Shown: one piece after another, positions 29,947 through 42,400 of the stretch
Position numbering within the stretch: the first letter of the stretch is position 1
Layout of the letters: each line of letters starts with the position of its first letter
DNA from: Anaeramoeba ignava BMAN
Lineage: Eukaryota > Protista > Anaeramoebae
Assembly (NCBI GenBank): GCA_028826165.1
Contig: JAPDFW010000059.1
Span: 1 to 64,000 of the forward strand
Length of the DNA stretch: 64,000 bases
Direction of reading: 5' to 3'
The notes under the pieces: generated by a model
Database searches by the model: none
Told to the model about the DNA's origin: nothing
What the model saw: the letters and a program-made list of their open reading frames with translations, nothing else
Translations under genes and position numbers: made by a program

Positions 29947-31966
29947 ATGAAATCTTTTTTGGGTTCAAATAAAGATAAACAAAAGCAAAAAGATAAACAA
30001 AAGAAAGATAAACAGAAAGAGAAGGAAAAAAAAGATAAACAAAAACAAAAAGATAAACAAAATAAAGAAAAACAGAAAGAGAAGGAAAAGAAAGATAAAC
30101 AGAAACAAAAAGATAAACAAAATAAAGAAAAACAAAAAGAAAAAGAACAGAAAGATAAACAAAAAGAAAAACAACAGAAAGAAAAACAGAAAGAAAAACA
30201 AAAAGAAAAAGAACAAAAAGATAAACAAAAAGAGAAAGAACAAAAAGATAAACAGAAAGAGAAAGAACAAAAAGATAAACAGAAAGAAAAAGAACAAAAA
30301 GAAAAACAAAAAGAAAAAGAAAAAAAAAAAAAAACAAAAAGAAAAACAGAAAGAAAAACAGAAAGAAAAAGAACAAAAAGATAAACAGAAAGAAAAAGAA
30401 CAGAAAGAAAAACAAAAAGAAAAAGAACAAAAAGAAAAAGAACAAAAAGATAAAAAAAATAATCAAAATCAAGAAATAGAAAAACAAAATCAAGAAATAG
30501 AAAAACAAAATCAAGAATTAGAAAAACAAAATCAAGAAATAGAAAAACAAAATCAAAAAGAAATCAAAAAAGAAATTCAAATAAAAAAAAAACAAGAAAA
30601 ACAAAATCAAAAAATTCAAAAACAAAAATTGAAAAAAATTCCAAAAATCTCTATTGTGCATGAAATGGCAAAGAAAGACCTATTGCATTCATTTCCACAC
30701 ACGATGGAGACACAATTCACATTCTCAACGATGCTTCCATTAGCTCCAAATATGGATGTTGAACCAAGTGTGAAAAAACAAACACGAAAAAAGTTGAAAA
30801 AAAATTTATATCGAAAAAAAGGGAAAAACAAGAAACAAGAAAAGAGCGAGACAGATAAATCACAAAGAGCAAGCACACAGATTCCGTCGCTGCTTTATGA
30901 TTATGAGGGGCCATACTCAGATATCGAGATAACTGGTATAATTTCAGTGCGGAAGGCGCATAAGAAAAAGCACATCTTCCAGATATCCTGCCGCACAGCC
31001 ATCTCAGGAAAACAGATCAAGGTATCTCGACGCTATAGAGACTTTGTGTGGCTGAGAGAGTCTTTGTCAACTGAGTGTCCTTATTTTGTGATCCCGAAAA
31101 TTCCGAAAAAATTTACATCATCAAAATTTTTAACAAAAACAGATGAAGAAAAAAGCCGTTTTTTACAGAAGTTTCTCGTAAGAATCGCACGGCATCCTGT
31201 AGTGTCACATGGCCGTAGTTTCGAACTTTTTTTTGAAAGTCCATTACTTGATAAACAAACACAATTCGATGATCAGCTGTCAAACACATCAATTTTAGGA
31301 TATATAAATGACTACATAAGAAATTCTCCAAAACCCGATGAGACAATCCCCAACAGGCGCGAGAAAGAACTAAGTACTCTTCAGCGCGCTTCAAATAAAA
31401 TACGCGACTTGTCAATTTCTTTAATTGATCTCGAACAAAAACAAGTCTCCATTTACAGACAAATTGCCCAGCTCTTTGAGGATGAACTGAATAGCCAGTT
31501 CCCTCCCCCTCTTGGATTCGAAACCATAAGTAATGATCTTGCTGAGTTTCTTGAAGAGAAAACTTCCAAAGATGAACAAATTTTTGCAGAGCCGTTGAAC
31601 GAATTATCTTTACAAATCACGTCATGCAGAGATTGTCTCAATGAATTCGAAAAGATTTCTTCTAAACTCCAAAAAAATCAGAAGGATTTCGATTCTAGAA
31701 AACAAAAGTGTGAAAAAGTTACTGGCAATTCAACAAAGGAAAGCAAATTTTATGATGATTTTTTGAAATCCCAAAATATTTTGAGAAAATTGAGACAAGA
31801 TCATATTCAAGCCGTTACTCAAGTTTCCACAGATTTGCATCAATTCGATGCCCAAACTTCTTACGATTATCATCAACTTTTTGATTCCTTTTCAACTAAC
31901 CAACTTTCTTTTGAGAAAACTGCAACTCATTTATGGAGTCATTTTTTAGATAATTTTGAGAAATGA
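29947..31966 (+). CDS. PX-BAR sorting nexin with K/E/Q-rich repetitive N-terminus (frameshift in poly-A near 30321)
   Basis: PX signature VSRRYRDFVWLRESL..PYFVIPKIPKK..LQKFLVRIARHPVV..FELFF, then a helical BAR-like region. Confidence 0.82.
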
Positions 31967-32174
31967 TTTTTTAAATTTCAAATTTAATTTAAATTTTGAA
32001 TTTAATTTAATTTTTGAATTTAATTTTTGAATAATTTTGAATTTAATTTTAATGTATTTTTTGGAATTAAATTTTTGTTCCACTTTTTTTTTTAAATAAT
32101 AAAATTTTTTTATTTTTTCATTTTTTCATTTTTTCATTTTTTCATTTTTTCTTTCTTTCTTTCTTTCTTATTTA

Positions 32175-33912
32175 ATGGGAAATAAATTTCAAAATTCAGA
32201 AAATCAACAACAAAATGTAAAAAAGAAAAAATTTAAAAAAATTAAAATAAAAAAATTAAAAATAAAAATAAAAATAAAAATAAGACGATTAAAAATAAGA
32301 AATACTGGCAAGCACGACAAAACCCAGTAACAGAACTTCAGATAATGGATGCGCACAAATCAGGTGTGAAATTTATACTTCCGCTTGACAAGCAATTGAT
32401 GGCATCATTTGACGAAGATGGGGAAGTTATAATTTGGAATTATAAATTTGGGAGCAAGGTAGCAACGCTTCCAAAAGAGCATGGGGGGAAAATAACAGCA
32501 GCGATTCTTCTTGAGGATCGGCAAGTTCTAGTCACGGCAAGTGCGGATTCAACGATCAAAATCTGGCCACTTTCGAAATACACTGAGCAAGTGGTTCGAA
32601 CACTTAAGAAACACAAATCACCTGTGCTGTTTCTGTTGCATCTTAACGAGAACTTGTTCTGCTCGGTTTCGCAGGAGATGATCATTGTTTGGAGGGTCGA
32701 CAACTTCACGGCGTTGTCAAAGATCCCAACAACGTCAACGGAAGACCAATTGATTTTTGCAATTACAACTAAAGACAATTATCTTGTAATCACGTCAAAA
32801 AAGAAAATTTACCTTTACGATCTTTCCCCAGGTTTCTTCAAATATGAGACATGTTTGCTCTCAGAAACCCCAGAGGATATCACCTATCTCGCATCAATCA
32901 CTGATAGTCTCTTTGCCTGCGGCTTCTCAAACGGAACCATCATGTTCTGGGAGACTGACACCTTCAACCAAGCCCAAAAACGTGTTGTCTCTGTAGACCA
33001 CCAAAAACCCCCCATCAACTACATATATCCATTCCATTTCGATAAGACATACATCGCCGTTGCCGTCGGTAACTCTATTGCCGTTTATGGTTCTGGCGAT
33101 TGGAAAAGGGAAATTTTCATCCCAAATGCACATGACAGTCAGATCCACTATCTTGCTCCACTTTATAGAGGGTATGGATATCTCATCCCAAATAAAAAAC
33201 ATCCCCATTTTTTCCCCTCGTTTTTTTCCCCTGTTTTTTTTCCTCATTTCCTCTTTTTTTCCTTCTTTTTTTTAGCTACGGAATTGTCTCATCCTCCAAA
33301 GATGGCGAGATTAAAATTTGGAGCGTTGAGCGGTTCTTCGACCAACCCCTCACTAAAGCCCCGACAAAAAGCAAAAAGAACTCTGCCAAATCTACTGATA
33401 CTACTTCTATTACTGGCCCTAATCTTAGTGATAAAGACCGCGAACATTGTCTTATTGAAAAACTCCCACCTATTCACACAGACAAGATCAACCAACTTAT
33501 TAGCTTGAATAACTTCATGTTCGCCACCTCAAGTGACGACAAAACTATCATCGTTTGGAAGGACGAGATCTATGAGCAAAATTTCCGCAACGAAATTGCT
33601 CGTAGCTCTCTTTTTCATTACTCTCTTGACCATCTTGAAGAAATTCAATCACAAAATGTTGAAAATGATATTTTTTCTCAAATTCATTCAAAAGACAATT
33701 TTATTCAGTTCGAACAAATGGAATCTGAATTGGAGTTCTTGTATAACCAGATTCAAGCTCAAGAAGATATGATTAATGATAATTTTGCTAATGATGAACA
33801 TAATGATAATGATAATGATATTGATATTGATAATGATAATGATAATCAGAAAGAAATTGATTTAAATCTTGATTTAATGAATGAAAAATCAAATTTGGAT
33901 AATAAAGTTTAA
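32175..33912 (+). CDS. WDR41: WD40 protein, WDR41-like; exons 32175-32216, 32285-33171, 33276-33912
   Basis: NPVTELQIMDAHKSGVKFILPLD..ASFDEDGEVIIWN..HGGKITA..LVTASADSTI and C-terminal FATSSDDKTIIVWKDEIYEQNFRN recall WDR41 (from memory, no search run). Confidence 0.7.
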
Positions 33913-34232
33913 ATTCCAAAAAAAAAATTATTTTTTTTTTCCTTAATCCAATTTTTTTTTCAATTAATTTTCTTAAATTGAGAATTTGATTTATTTCAAT
34001 TTCTTTATTTTATTTTTTTAATTTGTTTTCTTTTTCTATTTTTTTCAATTTCTATTTTCTATTTTTTAAGTTTTTTTTATCATCTTTTTATTATTTTTAA
34101 AAAAAAAATTATTTTAAATTCATTTTTTCATTTTTTTCAAATTATTTCTTATTCAAATTATTTTAAATTATTTTTTATTCAATTCAATTATTTTAAATTA
34201 TTTCTTATTCAATTCATTTTTTATTCAAAATT

Positions 34233-37200
34233 ATGAGTTTATTATGGACAGAAATTAAAGGTTCTAGAGCTCCTCGTGAAAGGAGAGGTGCTTCTATTGT
34301 TTTATTTGAAGATGAACTTTATCTTTTTGGAGGATTAGGAAATATTTATTTTAATGATTTATATAAATACAATTTCAGTATTTATAAATGAATTTTAATT
34401 TTAATTTTATAAATGAATTTAATTTTAATTTTAATTTTAATTTTAATTTTAATTTTAATTTATTTTAATTTTATAAATGAATTTAATTTTAATTTTAATT
34501 TCAATTTTATAAATGAATTTTAATTTTATAAATGAATTTAAATTTAATTTTATAAATGAAAATAAAGATACAACAACTTGGACGAATTTAATTTTATAAA
34601 TGAATTTTAATTTTATAAATGATGAATTTTAATTTTAACACAGCAGTATGTTTAATTTTTAACACAATTTTAATTTTAATTTTAATTTTAATTTTAATTT
34701 TAATTTTAATTATATAAACTAAATCATTTTTAATTTTAATTTTAATTTTAATTTTAATTTTAATTTGAATTTAAATTTTATAAATGAATTTAATTTTAAT
34801 TTGAATTTAAATTTATAGAGACGAATTTTAATTTTAATTTAATTTTATAAATGAATTTTAATTTTAAATTTAATTTTAATTTTAATTTGAATATAGATTT
34901 TAAATTTAATTTTAATTTTATAAATGAATTTAATTTTAATTTTAAATTTAATTTTATAAATGAATTTTAATTTTATAAATGAATTTTAATTTTATAATGA
35001 AAATAAAGATACAACAACTTGGACGAAAATATCATATACAGGAAAGATCTCTTTGAATTTGATATAGACAAGTATGTTGGCAAGAGAAATTATTTTTATG
35101 GAGGAACGGGGGGAGAAAGAACAACAGCAGAAACAAATTCTTACAATTTCAATTAAATCCTTTTGTTGAATTAAAATCATCATTGGAAGAGCAAATTTAA
35201 ATTTTTCCGATTTTCAGAATGATTATTTTTGGAGGATTATCTGGTGTTGGTTATAATGCACATTGTTTTAATGATTTAGCTAATATGATTTTCAAATTCA
35301 AATTTTAATTAAAAGTTTAATTTTCAAAATTCAATTTTGCTTTTTCAAATAACTCGAAAATGCTCGTTTTTCAAATACTTTTTAATCTTTGAATTTGATA
35401 TTTTAATTTTCAAAGAAATTATTTTATTTTGATTTTAATTTTAATTTTAATTTTTCCGATTTGGAAAAATGATTATTGGTATTTTTTAATTTAAATTTTT
35501 TTCCGATTTTCAAAACAATTTTAATTTTTTTCCGATTTTCAAAATTTTAATTTTAATTTTAATTTTAATTTTTAATTTTAATTTTAATTTTAATTTTCAA
35601 TTTTAATTTTAATTTTCAAAACAATTTTAATTTTCAAATTTAATTTTAATTTTATAAATGAATTTTAATGTTTTTTAGCAACTGGTTCATATAAAAGTGA
35701 TGTTCATATTATTGATACAAATTCATTCATTTCACACAATTTAATAACAAAAAGTGCATCACCATTAACACTTCATGGTGGATCTTCAATTTTGAGAGGA
35801 AATCAATTATATTTATTTGGAGGATCTCCAGATTTTTTGAAGTATTCAAATTCACTTCGCGTACTTAATCTTGAATTTTCAACACTATCAAATGATATGA
35901 GAGATTTTCTTAATTCAGCTGATTTATCTGATGTTGAATTAATTAGTAAAGATAGTCAAAGATTTCCTGTTCATCAACTTATTTTGGAAGCTCGTTCAAC
36001 TTTAAAAATTCATAATATCAAAAATATTTTTGTCAAATATCCCGGTTTAATTTGTAAAGCTGCTCTTTTATTAATTTATACAGGAGGTGTTGATTTGTTT
36101 AATATTGATATGTTTCAATTTAATCAATTAATTGATGAATTAAAAATGAAAAATCCAAATAATGGTCTTAAAGGTTTAAAAAGGGATTTACAAGATTTAT
36201 ATGAAGATGAAGCAGGAAAAGATTTTGAAATTATTGTTAAAAAGCAAAATCTAAATGAAAATCAAAATGAAAATCTAAATGAAAATCAAAATGAAAATCA
36301 AAATGAAAATCAAAATGAAAATCAAAATGAAAATCAAAATGAAAATCAAAATGAAAATCAAAATGAAAATCAAAATGAAAATCAAATTGAAAAAGAAATT
36401 CAAAATGAAAATCAAATTGAAAAAGAAATTCAAAATGAAAATCAAATTGAAAATCAAATTGAAAAAGAAAATCAAATTGAAAATCAAATTGAAAATGAAA
36501 TTGAAAATGAAAAAGAAATTGAAAAAGAAATTGAAATCAAAAAACAAAATCCTGATGATTTTGTTCGAATCAAAGCTCATCGATTAATTCTTGTTTCTAG
36601 AAGTAATCTTTTCAAAGGAATGTGCACCTTTAATCCTGATGAACCAGAAGCACCTGATTTAAGTGAAAGATCACCAGAAACAGTAGCAAAACTAATTGAA
36701 TATTTTTATACAGACACAATCAAAGAACTTACACTTCAATCAGCAAGAGAATTATTAGGATCATCAGATTATTATGGACTTTCAAGTCGACATCTTGAAG
36801 ATGAAATGGTTACAATTATTAAAGATAAAATCACAACAGAAAATGCTCTTGATATTCTTGATGATGCTGATTTTTTCCAAATTGAAATTCTTAAACAAAT
36901 TTGTTTACTTTTTATTTTTCATAACAGAAGACCAATTTTAACTTCTGAAAAATTTTTAAAATTAAAAGAAGAAGATCCTGATTGGGTTGATTATATTTAT
37001 GATTTTATTAAAAAAGAAGAAACTCGTCTTCTTCAAGAAAAAGCTAAAATGGATCTTGAATTGGGAAGAAAACAACAAACAACTACAAAACCTTTAGATA
37101 ACACTTCTCCTTATTCTGGTTGGAATGATTATCAACCAGCTCAATATAATCCAGATTTTTGGACACAAAATTTTAATTTTCCTGAACAACCTACTAAACC

Positions 37201-37297
37201 AACAAATCGAACAAATCGAGTTTCAAAACCAAAATTAAAGAAAAAGAAAAAGAAAAAGAAAAGATATCAAAATGAAGATCGTTGCAATTTCTTTTAA
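34233..37297 (+). CDS. Kelch-repeat + BTB + BTB-BACK protein (LZTR1-like architecture); internal exons 34378-35678 garbled
   Basis: Exon 1 [36 protein letters not shown]; last exon from 35679 with LYLFGG and two BTBs ([12 protein letters not shown]; [15 protein letters not shown]). Confidence 0.78.
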
Positions 37298-37519
37298 AAT
37301 TTTTAAAAGAAAAGAAAAAAAAGAAATAAAATAAAAAGTTATTTTTTTTTTGAATCAATTCATTTTGTTTTTTTATTTTTTTCCTAAATCAAAATGAAAT
37401 CAAAAATCAAATCAGAAATCAAATCAAAAATCAAATCAGAAATCAAATCAAAAATCAAATCAAAAATGAAATCAAAAATCAAATCAAAAATCAAATCAAA
37501 AAAATTGAATTTTGTTGAT

Positions 37520-38978
37520 TTAAAATTGATCATCTTCTTCATCAGGAAGATCAAAATTCTTTGCTTCTTCTAATTCTCTTTCACTAATTAAAATATCTTT
37601 TTGGTCAAGTTCAACAACTGGAGGAGCAAGAGCAGGAGCTTTATCAAGTGATAAAGAAGGATCACTAAAAAATTATAAAATTAAAATATTAAAATTAAAA
37701 TTAAAATTAAAATTAATATTAAAATGAAAATTAAAATTAAATTTAAAATTAAAATTAAAAAATTATAAAATTAAAATTAAAATTAAAATTAAAATTAAAA
37801 TTTAATTTAAAATTAAAATTAAAATAAAAATTAAATTTGAAATTAAAATTAAAATTAAATTCATTTATAAAATTAAAATTAAAATTAAATTTGTTTTTAC
37901 CCAAATAATCTTCTTGCAAGATAAAGAAAAGGTTTCTCAAAATTGTAATTTGATTTAGCAGAAATATCAAAATAAGGAATGTTCTTTCTTCGATGAAAAG
38001 TGATTTGTCTTGCTCTAACTTTTCGATCTTTCACATCAACCTTATTCCCACATAAAACCATTGGAATATTATCACAAACTCGAATAATATCTCGATACCA
38101 AACAGCAACATTTTCATAAGTTTCAGGTGAAGTAACATCAAACATAATAATAGCAGCATCTCCTTCAATATAATAACCATCACGTAATCCACCAAAACGT
38201 TCCTAAATTAAAATTTAAAAATTAAATATTTAAATATTTAAAAATTAATTATTTTTTTATAATATTTTACTTGTCCTGCTGTATCCCAAACATTAAAACA
38301 AATTGGACATTTTGTTGTATAAAAAACAAGTGGATGAACTTCAACTCCAACAGTTGCTAAATTAAAATTAAAAATAAAATTTATTTATAAAATTAAAATT
38401 CATTTATAAAATTAAATTAAAATTCATTTATAAAATTAAAATTAAAATTAAAATCAAAATTAAAATTAAAATTAAAATTAAAATTAAAATTAAAATTAAA
38501 ATTAAAATTAAAATTAAAATTAAAATTAAAATTAAAATTAAAATTAAAATTAAAATTAAAATTAAAATTAAAATTAAAATTAAAATTAAAATTAAAATTA
38601 AAATTAAAATTAAAATTCATTTATAAAATTAAAATTAAAATTAAAATTAAAATTAAAATTAAAATTAAAATTAAAATTAAAATTAAAATTCATTTATAAA
38701 ATTAAAATTAAAATTAAAATTAAAATTAAAATTATAATTAAAATTCATTTATAAAATTAAAATTATTATTTACCAATGTATTCTTTTCTAAATTCTCCTG
38801 ATAAATGTCGTTTAACAAAAGTTGTTTTTCCAACTCCACCATCTCCAACTAAAATAATTTTGTAATTAGCAATGTTTTCAAGTGATTCTTCTGACTAAAA
38901 AATTTTTAAATAAATTAAAATTAAAATCATTTATAAAATTAAAATTAAAATTAAAATTAAAATTAAATAACAAACCAT
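37520..38978 (-). CDS. RAN: Ran GTPase; exons 38978-38976 (ATG only), 38894-38774, 38356-38271, 38202-37901, 37664-37520
   Basis: [63 protein letters not shown], acidic tail LPDEEDDQF. Confidence 0.96.
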
Positions 38979-39486
38979 TCTAATGTGTTTTATAAATCAA
39001 AAAAAGAATTAATTAATAAAAACGATTGTTCATATTTCCAAATCTTTTCATTTCATAAAAAAAAAGGGGAATTTCTTCTTTTTCTTCTTTTTCTTTTTCT
39101 TCTTTTTCTTCTTTTTTTTTTAAATAAGTAACATTTATAATTTAAAAAGAATAAAGGAATAAAAGGAAAGAAAAGCAAAAAGAAATGTGTTTGTGTGTGT
39201 TTTTGTGTGTGTTTTTAAATTATTTTTAAATAAAACTAATTTACCAAAAAGTAAATAAAAAGTAAAAAAATAAAAAGTAAAAAAATGAAAATTTTTGAAT
39301 TACGTATTTTTTATTTTTTTTGATCTTTCTCCTTTTATTTTAATTTTTAATTTTTCTCCTTTTAAAAAAATTTTATTTTTTTTTTTTAATTTTTTTTTCA
39401 TATTTTTATTTTATTTTATTAAACAAAATTTACACGAAATCATTAATAATTTTTAAAATTAAATAAAATAGTTTAAAAAATCAAAA

Positions 39487-42400
39487 ATGGGTGTATCTTT
39501 AATAAAGGATAAAAAGAGTTCAGATATTTATTTATCAAATAAAGGATTAACGAATTTTCCAAGTGAATTAAAAAGTTGTTTAAATATTAAGAATTTAGAT
39601 TTATCATTTAATTACATTAATGAAGTACCTTCATTTATGGAAACAAAAACACAACTTCAAACAATAAACCTTTCATCAAACTCAATCGAAATATTTCCAA
39701 ACAAGTTACAAAACTTATCAAATCTTCAAATGGTCAATTTAAGTAGAAATTTAATTGTCAAAATTCCGACTTCATTTTGTGCATTTTTGAAAGTGAATTC
39801 TTTCGAACTTACTCAGAATAAAATCTCAATTATTGAAGAGGCAAATTATCAAAATATGACAGGATTAACTGATTTATATTTGGATGTCAATAATCTTAAG
39901 AATTTACCAGTTTCCTTTGGAAAATTACCTTCAATTCAAGTTCTTATTCTTTCTTTCAATAAATTCACTATTGTTCCTCCAGCTATTCTTAATCTCAAAA
40001 CTCTTCGCAAGTTGGATTTATCTTCTAATAATATCAAAACTATTCCAAAAGATTTTTTTCAACTTAAAGAGCTTCGTAGATTGGATTTACATTCAAACCA
40101 AATTGATTTTCTTGATGATTCTATTGAAGAACTCCAAGAATTGATTCATTTGAATCTTCAATACAATAATTTTAAATGTTTACCAAACTCTTTATCTCGT
40201 TTGAAGTCTTTAACTCATCTTAATTTGAGAAATAATCAATTTGAAACTTTTCCTCAATCCATTTGTAATATGTTGTTATTGAAGGAGCTTTTCTTATCAA
40301 ACAATGAAATTACATTTAAAAAAAAAGAAAATCAAAAAGAAAATCAAAAAGAAAATCAAAAAGAAAATAAAAAAGAAAATTCAAATCTAAATGAAAATGA
40401 AAAAGAAAAAGAAAAAGAAAATAAAAATGAAAAAGAAAAAGAAAAAGAAAATAAAAATCAAAAAGAAAATTCAAATCTAAATGAAAATGAAAAAGAAAAA
40501 GAAAAAGAAAATAAAAATAAAAAAAAAATCAAAAAGAAAATCAAAAAGAAAATAAAAAAGAAAATGAAAAAGAAAAAGAAAAAGAAAAAGAAAATTCAAA
40601 TCTAAATGAAAATGAAAAAGAAAAAGAAAATTCAAATCAAAAAGAAAATCAAAAAGAAAATAAAAATCAAAAAGAAAATCAAAAAGAAAATCAAAAAGAA
40701 AATAAAATCAAAATCAAAAAGAAAATCAAAAAGAAAATGAAAAAGAAAATGAAAAAGAAAATCAAAAAGAAAAAGAAAAGAAAAAGAAAAAGAAAAAGAA
40801 AAAGAAAAAGAAAAAGAAAAAGAAAAAGAAAATGAAAATGAAAATGAAAATGAAAATCAAAAAGAAAATGAAAATGAAAATGAAAATGAAAATGAAAATG
40901 AAAAAGAAAAAGAAAATGAAAATGAAAATCAAAATCAAAAAGAAAATGAAAATGAAAATGAAAATGAAAATAAAAAAGAAAATAAAAATCAAAATAAAAA
41001 TAACAAATCAATAACATTGAAAGCTCCATTATTATTAGATTTTGATCTTAGTTTCAATAAAATTGATGAATTTCCTGATGATTTTTTCCAAAGTTCTGGA
41101 ACAATATTTCGCTTATTTATTCGAGATAATTCGCTTACAAAACTTCCTTCTTCCATTTCACGTTTAAATTGGGTTGCAGTCTTATCTTTTCAAAATAATC
41201 AAATCAAAGATATTTCTCCATTATGTTCATTAAAATCACTTGTTGATCTAGATTTATCCAACAACTCAATAGAGGAACTACCACCTCAAATTTCTAATTT
41301 AACAAATCTTCAAAGACTCAACCTCTATGAAAATTTACTCACAAAACTTCCTCCAGAATTTTCTTCAATTACAAAATTAATTTATTTAAATTTATCAGGA
41401 AATTTGTAATCATTTATTTTTCTTATTTTTATTATTGATATTTATTTTTCTTATTTTTATTATTGATATTTACTTTTCTTATTTTTATTATTGATATTTA
41501 TTTTTCTTATTTTTATTATTGATATTTATTTTTCTTATTTTTATTATTAATATTTATTTTTCATTTTTTTATTATTGATATTTACTTTTCATTTTTTTAT
41601 TATTGATATTTATTTTTCTTATTTTTATTATTGATATTTACTTTCTTATTTTTATTATTGATATTTATTTTTCTTATTTTTATTATTGATATTTATTTTT
41701 CTTATTTTTATTATTATTATTTATTTTTCTTATTTTTATTATTGATATTTATTTTTCTTATTTTTATTTATTATTTAGATTTGAGATATTTCCAAGAGAA
41801 ATCTTTAATAATTCTTCCCTGGAACGACTTTATATTTCACAATGTAGATTAACTAGAATTCCATCATCAATAGCCTGTCTTCAAAAATTAATAGAATTTG
41901 ATGCAAGTTCAAATTACATTCGAAAAATACCTTCAAATTTTCAATTTTTGCAATATTTATTAATATTAAATTTAAGCGATAATTTACTTCATACACTCCC
42001 AAAAAATTTCCATTATTGTGGAAGAAAATCATTATCAACATCAAGAAAGCAAATCATTTTAGCAAGAAACAAACTGAAAGAATTTCCCGAAGAATTACTT
42101 CAAATTAGCAATTTAAACGAGCTAGATCTCTCACATAATTCAATCAAACATTTTCCGTTAAATGGATTTGAAAAACTTGTTCGGTTGCAAAGTCTCAAAA
42201 TTTCTCATAATAAAGCAGAGTCTTTGAATTTATGTTCACTCTCAAATCTTCGAAGACTGTTTCATCTGCACATTGAAGGAAATAAACTTGCGCAACCTTT
42301 CCAAGATTTACTGAAACATGTTACTATCCATCTTGAAAACAAACCTCATTATCCAAGTCACCATTTCTCGGGTTTGAATGAACTTGTGATGAGTTATGAT

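Noticed and set aside
34378-35678. Scrambled Kelch exons suggesting gene rearrangement
   Set aside because: Duplicated fragments (AAAGATACAACAACTTGGACGAA at ~34564 and ~35005) within microsatellite; most likely local misassembly.
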